A DNA stretch of 25,195 nt from Octopus sinensis. Its lineage: Eukaryota. Positions 19,520 through 25,195 of the stretch are shown here, in pieces. The position numbers and the translations under genes are program-made. Under the pieces are notes generated by a model that saw only the letters and a list, made by a program, of their open reading frames with translations, was not told the DNA's origin and did no database searches. Each line of letters begins with the position of its first letter. The first letter of the stretch is position 1. Where the stretch lies: contig NW_021836328.1 of assembly GCF_006345805.1 (NCBI RefSeq), forward strand, positions 1 through 25,195. Reading direction: 5' to 3'.

Positions 19520-20440
19520 TAAGAAGAAGAAGAAGAAGAAGAAGGAATAATAGAAGAAATCGAAAAAGCATAAAAATAATAATGATGATGATGAGAAGAA
19601 AGAAGGAAAGAAGAAGAAGGAAGGAAGGGAAGAAGAAGGAGAAGGAAGGAAAGAAGAAGAATAAGAAGAAGAAGGAGAAGAAGGAAGGAAAGAAGAAGAA
19701 GAAGAAGAATGAAGGAAAGAAGAAGAGGGAAACGAGGACAACGAGAAGAAGGAGAGGAAGAAGGAAGGAAGGAAGGAAGGAAAGAAAAAAGAGAACAATG
19801 AAAATGAATAAGGTAACGATAAAGAAGAAAAAAAGTAAAAAAATAAGAGGAAGAGAAAGAAAAATCGATGGAAGGAAAGAAGAATGAGAATAAGAAGAGA
19901 ACGAGGAAAATAAGAAGGTAAAAAAATAATGAAGGAAAATAAGAGGATGAAGAAGTAAAGAAGAAGAAGAAAAGAAGAAGAAGAAGGAATAATAGAAGAA
20001 ATCAAAAGCATAAAAATATAATGATGATGATGAGAAGAAGAAAGAAGGAAAGAATAAGAAGAAGAAGGAAGGAAGGGAAGAAGAAGGAGAAGGAAGGAAA
20101 GAAGAAGAATAAGAAGAAGAAGGAGAAGAAGGAAGGAAAGAAGAAGAAGAAGAAGAATGAAGGAAAGAAGAAGAGGGAGAACGAGGACAACGAGAAGAAG
20201 GAGAGGAAGAAGGAAGGAAGGAAGGAAGGAAAGAAAAAGAAGAGAACAATGAAAATGAATAAGGTAACGATAAAGAAGAAAAAAAGTAAAAAAATAAGAG
20301 GAAGAGAAAGAAAAATCGATGGAAGGAAAAGAAGAATGAGAATAAGAAGAGAACGAGGAAAAATGAAGAAGGTAAAAAAATAATGAAGGAAAATAAGAGG
20401 ATGAAGAAGTAAAGAAGAAGAAGAAGAAGAAGAAGAAGAG
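19520..20440. repeat. Polypurine (GAA/GGAA) tract made of two ~442-bp tandem copies
   Basis: ggaataatagaagaaatc at 19544 and 19986, with parallel downstream sequence. Confidence 0.9.
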
Positions 20441-20539
20441 GATAATTTGAAAAATGAGAAATAAGATGAAGATCAACTTAAAGCCTTTAATTTACTCAAA
20501 ATGACATTTAAATTATCAAAATGGTGGAAAAATACAAAA

Positions 20540-20960
20540 CGATGGTAAAAGTGGTGGCGGTGGTAGTGGTGGTGGTGGTAGTAGCATTGGTGATAGTATT
20601 GATTGTGGTGGTGGTGGTGGGGAAGGTAATGGTAGTAGTGGTTGTGGTGGGGAAGGTAATGGTAGCGGTGGTGGTGGTAGAGGTGGTGGAGATACTATAC
20701 GTAGTAATAGCGATACATATAGTGTAAGAGCAGTAGCATCAGTAGTGGTAGTAGTAGTAGTAGTTGAGGTGGCGGTGGTGGTAGTAGCATTGGTGATAGT
20801 ATTGATTGTGTGGTGGTGGTGGGGAAGGTAATGGTAGCAGTGGTGGTGGTAGAGATACTATTCGTTGTGATGGCGATACATGTAGTGTAAAAGCAGTAGC
20901 AGCAGTAGTAGTAGTAGTAGTAGTTGAGGTAGTGGCGATGGTGGTAGTAGTATGGGTTGT
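20540..20960. repeat. (GGT/AGT)n compound repeat with a ~203-bp higher-order duplication
   Basis: gtagcattggtgatagtattgattgtg at 20581 and 20784. Confidence 0.85.
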
Positions 20961-20969
20961 TGGAAAGGC

Positions 20970-21488
20970 GGCGGTGAGCTGGCAGAAACGTTAGCATGGC
21001 GGGCGAAATGCTTAGCGGTATTTCGTCTGCCGCTACGTTCTGAGTTCAAATTCCGCCGAGGTCGACTTTGCCTTTCATCCTTTCGGGGTCGATAAATTAA
21101 GTACCAGCTACGCACTGGGGTCGATGTAATCGACTTAATACCTATGTCTGTCCTTGTTTGTCTCCTCTGTGTTTAGCCCCTTGTGGGTAATAAAGAAATA
21201 GGTATTTCGTCTGTCGTTATATTCTGAGTTCAAATTCCTCCGAGGTCGTCATTGCCTTTCATCCTTTCGGGGTCGATAAATTAAGTACCAGTTACGCACT
21301 GGGGTCGATATAATCGACTTAATCCCTTTGTCTGTCCTTGTTTGTCCCCTCTGTGTTTAGCCCTTTGTGGGTAGTAAAGAAATAGGTATTTCGTCTGCCG
21401 CTACGTTCTGAGTTCAAATTCCGCCTAGGTCGACTCTGCCTTTCATCCTTTCGGGTCGATAAAATAAGTACCAGTTACGCACTGGGGT
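20970..21488 (+). mobile_element. SINE family A trimer (headed unit plus two headless units, the last truncated)
   Basis: Junctions aaataGGTATTTcgtc at ~21201 and ~21385 (184-bp period). Confidence 0.92.
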
Positions 21489-21509
21489 AGAAAAAATCGA
21501 TATAATCGT

Positions 21510-21609
21510 TACGGCACACGTGTCTGTGGATTGCTCAGTCACTTGCACGTTAATTTCATGAGCAGGCTGTTCAACCGGGAGTATCATCGTCGCAACCGAC
21601 GGAGTGCCA
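21510..21609 (+). mobile_element. SINE C/D-type tail directly after the family A trimer
   Basis: cacacgtgtctgtggattgctcagtcacttgcacgttaatttc...accgacggagtgcca. Confidence 0.85.
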
Positions 21610-21791
21610 CGATAAACAACGGAAAAGTACAAATGTTTTGCATGATACATTTGTCTTCGACAGGTGTTTTGCTGCACTAAAACCATTATTATTTGATATA
21701 ATTTTGAAAGTACATTTGCAATGAATTCATATTAATTTTAAATGCGTGAGAAATTGGTACCTTGTCAGAAGAGAATCATGAATAGATGCAT

Positions 21792-21840
<49 letters not shown>

Positions 21841-22205
21841 GGCGCAGGAGTGGCTGTGTGGTAAGTAGCTTGCTAACCAACCACATGGTTCCGGGTTCAG
21901 TCCCACTGCGTGGCATCTTGGGCAAGTGTCTTCTGCTATAGCCCCGGGCCGACCAATGCCTTGTGAGTGGATTTGGTAGACGGAAACTGAAAGAAGCCTG
22001 TCGTATATATGTATATATATATATATGGTGTGTGTGTGTGTGTGTGTTTGTGTGTCTGTGTTTGTTCCCCTAGCATTGCTTGACAACCGATGCTGGTGTG
22101 TTTACGTCCCCGTCACCTAGCGGTTCGGCAAAAAGAGACCGATAGAATAAGTACTGGGCTTACAAAAAGAATAAGTCCCGGGGTTACTAAAAGAGTAAAA
22201 GAGTA
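21841..22205 (+). mobile_element. SINE family B, near full length
   Basis: ggcgcaggagtggctgtgtgg through aaaagagta, with a deletion in the tail. Confidence 0.92.
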
Positions 22206-22229
22206 TATATATATACATATATATATATA

Positions 22230-22535
22230 CTCTTTTACTTGTTTCAGTCATTTCACTGCGGCCATGCTGGAGCACCGCCTTTAGTCGAGCAAATCGACCC
22301 CAGGACTTATTCTTTGTAAGCCTAGTACTTACTCTATCGGTCTCTTTTGCCGAATCGCTAAGTTACAGTGACGTAAACACACCAGCATCGACAGGTTTCT
22401 TTCAGTTTCCGTCTACCAAATCCATTTACAAGGCTTTGCTCGGCCCGTGGCCATAGTACAAGACACTTACCTAAGGTGCCAGGCAGTGGGACTGAACCTG
22501 GAACTCTGTGGTTGGGAAGCAAGCTTCTTACCACA
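22230..22535 (-). mobile_element. SINE family B with a central deletion, tail-to-tail with the previous copy
   Basis: Tail 22230-22390 is joined directly to head 22391-22535. Confidence 0.88.
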
Positions 22536-22551
22536 CAGTCACACCTTCGCG

Positions 22552-22591
<40 letters not shown>

Positions 22592-22604
22592 AATATATAC
22601 ATAT

Positions 22605-22765
22605 ACGATAGGCTTCTTCCAGTTTCCATCTGTCAAATCCACTCACAAGGCTTTGGTCGGCTCGAGGATATATTAGAAGACACTTGCTCAAGGTGCCACG
22701 TAGTGGGACTGAACCCGGAACCATGTGGTTGGTAAGCAAACTACTTATCACATAGCCATGCCTAT
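22605..22765 (-). mobile_element. SINE family B head-only module
   Basis: ggcttcttccagtttccatc...accacatagccatgcc. Confidence 0.88.
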
Positions 22766-22789
22766 GCTTATATATATACATATATATAC

Positions 22790-22952
22790 GACGGGCTTCT
22801 TTCAGTTTCCGTCAACCAAATCTACTCACAGAGCTTTGGTTGTCCCAAGGCTATAGTAGAAGACACTTGCCCAAGGTTCCACGCAGTGGGACTGAACCCA
22901 GAACCATGTGGTCGGGGAGTAAGCTTCTTACTAGACAGCCACTCCTGCGCCT
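22790..22952 (-). mobile_element. SINE family B head-only module
   Basis: cgacgggcttctttcag...agccactcctgcgcc. Confidence 0.88.
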
Positions 22953-23413
22953 GTATGAACAAACCACTAATACAGATATGGAAACGAGAAAGAGATCCCA
23001 TGTCACGTACTTACATATCTACATGCAAGCACAAACACACACACGGATTTATGATGCCTTGTATGACAGAATTTGTCTGTAATTACAAAACAACCACAGC
23101 GGTAGCAATAACAACTACATGAAGAGCGACAGCAACAATAACAACAACAACAACAACATCAAAGATAACAATAAACGAATCCTATGGATTATATCAAATT
23201 ACTGGATCGCCGTCATCTTCAAGTTTTCCCTTCATATTTACGGTTTACGAAAGAGATCCAAACTTTGTTAATGTGATCCATTGAATCTATTACGGATTGC
23301 AAAACAATTACGCAAATAAAAAAAATATAAAAAAACAAACAATAGAAAGAAAGTCTTGCAAATGAGAAAAGAGAGAGAGAGAGAGAGAAGAAAGAAAAAA
23401 ATCAAAAGAAAAC

Positions 23414-23507
23414 TGGCCGCGCCGTTATCGATAAATATTGTAATATCGCAACAGCTGTCGATAAATTTAGCGGCCATTTTGATGGGTTGGCGAAATCAAC
23501 GTAAACA
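23414..23507. promoter_or_regulatory. Candidate cis-regulatory module (DRE-like TATCGATA, E-box, YY1-like and Forkhead motifs)
   Basis: TATCGATA 23426-23433, CAGCTG 23452-23457, GCGGCCATTTTG 23470-23481, GTAAACA 23501-23507 in a CpG-containing unique island; motif evidence only. Confidence 0.25.
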
Positions 23508-23529
23508 GTTTTTGATTTTGTAGTTCCGG

Positions 23530-24307
23530 CTGCTGTTGTTGTTGTTGTTGTTGTTGTTGATGATGCGATTTTGTTGTTGTTGTTGTTGATGATGCTATTT
23601 TTGTTGTTGTTGTTGCCATTGTTATTCTTCTGTCAACGAAATATACGAGAATACAATAGGAAAAAAAAAGACTCTTTAATAAAGCTGGATGGTATGAAGG
23701 CATCGGAATGGTGTTGGAGGTAGTGGTGGTGGTGGTGATGGTAGTGGTGGTGGTGGTGGGGTGGTGGTGGTTTTTAGTTGATTAACGAGTTTGAAATAAC
23801 CCGAAAAATTCGCTGCTAACACAAATGTTGTTCTGGTATTCATTCTTATTTTTGTCCTCTTCTCCATCCCCCTGCGTCTTCTTCTTCTTCTTCTTCTTCT
23901 TCTTCTTCTTCTTCTTCTTTACCATCATCATCATCATCAACTTCCTCTTCTTCTTTTTTACCATCATCATCATCAACTTCTTTTTCTTCTTCTTCTCTTC
24001 TTCACAAACATCATCAACTTCCTCTTCTTCTTTTTACCATCATCATCATCATCAACTTCTTTTTCTTCTTCTCCTTCACAATCATCATCATCATCATCAA
24101 CTTCCTCTTCTTCTTCTTTACCATCATCATCATCATCAACTTCTTTTTTCTTCTTCTTCACAATCATCATCAACTTCTTCTCCAGCTGTCTCCCTCCCTT
24201 CCTTATTTTCTTTTCTTTCTTCCTTCCTCTCTTTTCCCATCATAACTTTTCCCTTCCTATTGTAGTTGTTCAGCTGCTTCCTGCTGTTTATTTGACTTCA
24301 ACCAAAA

Positions 24308-24360
<53 letters not shown>
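23530..24360. repeat. Run of simple repeats: (GTT)n, (GGT)n, compound (CTT)n/(CAT)n units, (CT)n
   Basis: Direct inspection. Confidence 0.9.
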
Positions 24361-24362
<2 letters not shown>

Positions 24363-25025
24363 CTTCCACCCACCTTTTTCTCCTCCCTCACACCTTCCGT
24401 CTTCTACACCACCACCCCACACACAATCTCTCTCTGTCTCTTCTTCTTTAAATATAAACGAATAAAATGACCACGAATCCAGCTTAAATTTTAATCAAAT
24501 CCAAGAAAACCAAACACCACTAAAAATAACGAAACGACGGCGGACAGGAGTATAAATTTATCCTATTAACACTGAAAAAATAAAAAGTGATGCAGACGTT
24601 TCGGAGAATTGTTCTTTTTCAAGACAGATAAAAGGAGAAGAGAAGAAAGCATTAAAAGAATACAAAACACAAAACAAAGTGCGTATTGAGGAGTAAAGAT
24701 ACCCGTAAAACGTGGTGGTTTCAAGCAGAGAAGAACGAACTGGATGGGGAAAAATGGAAGGCTAGCATCAGACAAGCGAGGTTGTGTATATGGTAGGGGA
24801 AATTAAGTATATAGCGGATTATGTGAATGCAGGTGACATCATATATATATATATGTAATTAAATTTAAATGTTGAAGTGAATCTAACGGATTTTATGTGT
24901 TTCTAAATGGCTTATAAACACCTTCCACGCTGCAACTGCTTTTGTTTCAGCACACGATCTCAGATCAGGTCACTTGCTATGCAAGTGCATTTCTGTAACA
25001 TACACACACACAAACACACGCACAT

Positions 25026-25067
<42 letters not shown>

Positions 25068-25084
25068 TATACTAACATACACAG

Positions 25085-25195
25085 TTCTCCCAAGATCTCT
25101 CACAAGGTATTGGCCAACCAGGAGCTGTAGCAGAAGATACTTTTCCAAGGTGCCGCACAGTGGGATTGAACTCACAACCATATGGTTGCCAAACG
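25085..25195 (-). mobile_element. SINE family B head, decayed and cut by the window edge
   Basis: ccaaggtgccgcacagtgggattgaactcacaaccatatgg. Confidence 0.8.

Noticed and set aside
19398-20476. K/E/R-rich and F/S/L-rich ORFs
   Set aside because: GAA-tract artefacts; the two tandem copies do not preserve a common frame.
23782-24265. Acidic/basic repeat ORFs (EEEVDDDDDGKKKK)
   Set aside because: Compound CTT/CAT microsatellite whose units shift frame.
24970-24986. Hairpin cacttgc-tat-gcaagtg in a segment between TA tracts
   Set aside because: Probably part of an interspersed repeat, but there is no second copy in the window to support a call.

Overview
AT-rich, repeat-dominated animal genomic DNA. 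The SINE families and dense TA/CA microsatellites look like an octopus (coleoid cephalopod) genome; this is recognition from memory, not a database result. No protein-coding gene can be supported, and the long ORFs are artefacts of low-complexity tracts or repeats. The window holds roughly 30 pieces of at least five tRNA-derived SINE families (A-E, my labels), the decayed 3' end of an RTE-clade LINE, a cluster of three GG-ended, 8-bp-TSD (Merlin-like) MITEs, a 1.1-kb fold-back element, local inverted duplications, and long polypyrimidine and polypurine tracts. The most interesting signals are: (1) two minimal Penelope-type hammerhead ribozyme motifs, one with a compensated U3-A8 core at the end of a decayed ~35-nt tandem array; (2) head-to-tail SINE concatemers in two families, joined at microhomology between the 3' end and an internal site so that only the first unit keeps its A-box head; (3) the Merlin-like MITE insertion hotspot; (4) many long inverted repeats that would give dsRNA in any transcript. 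SINE boundaries are approximate to about 5-10 bp; TSD, TIR and ribozyme coordinates were counted by hand.
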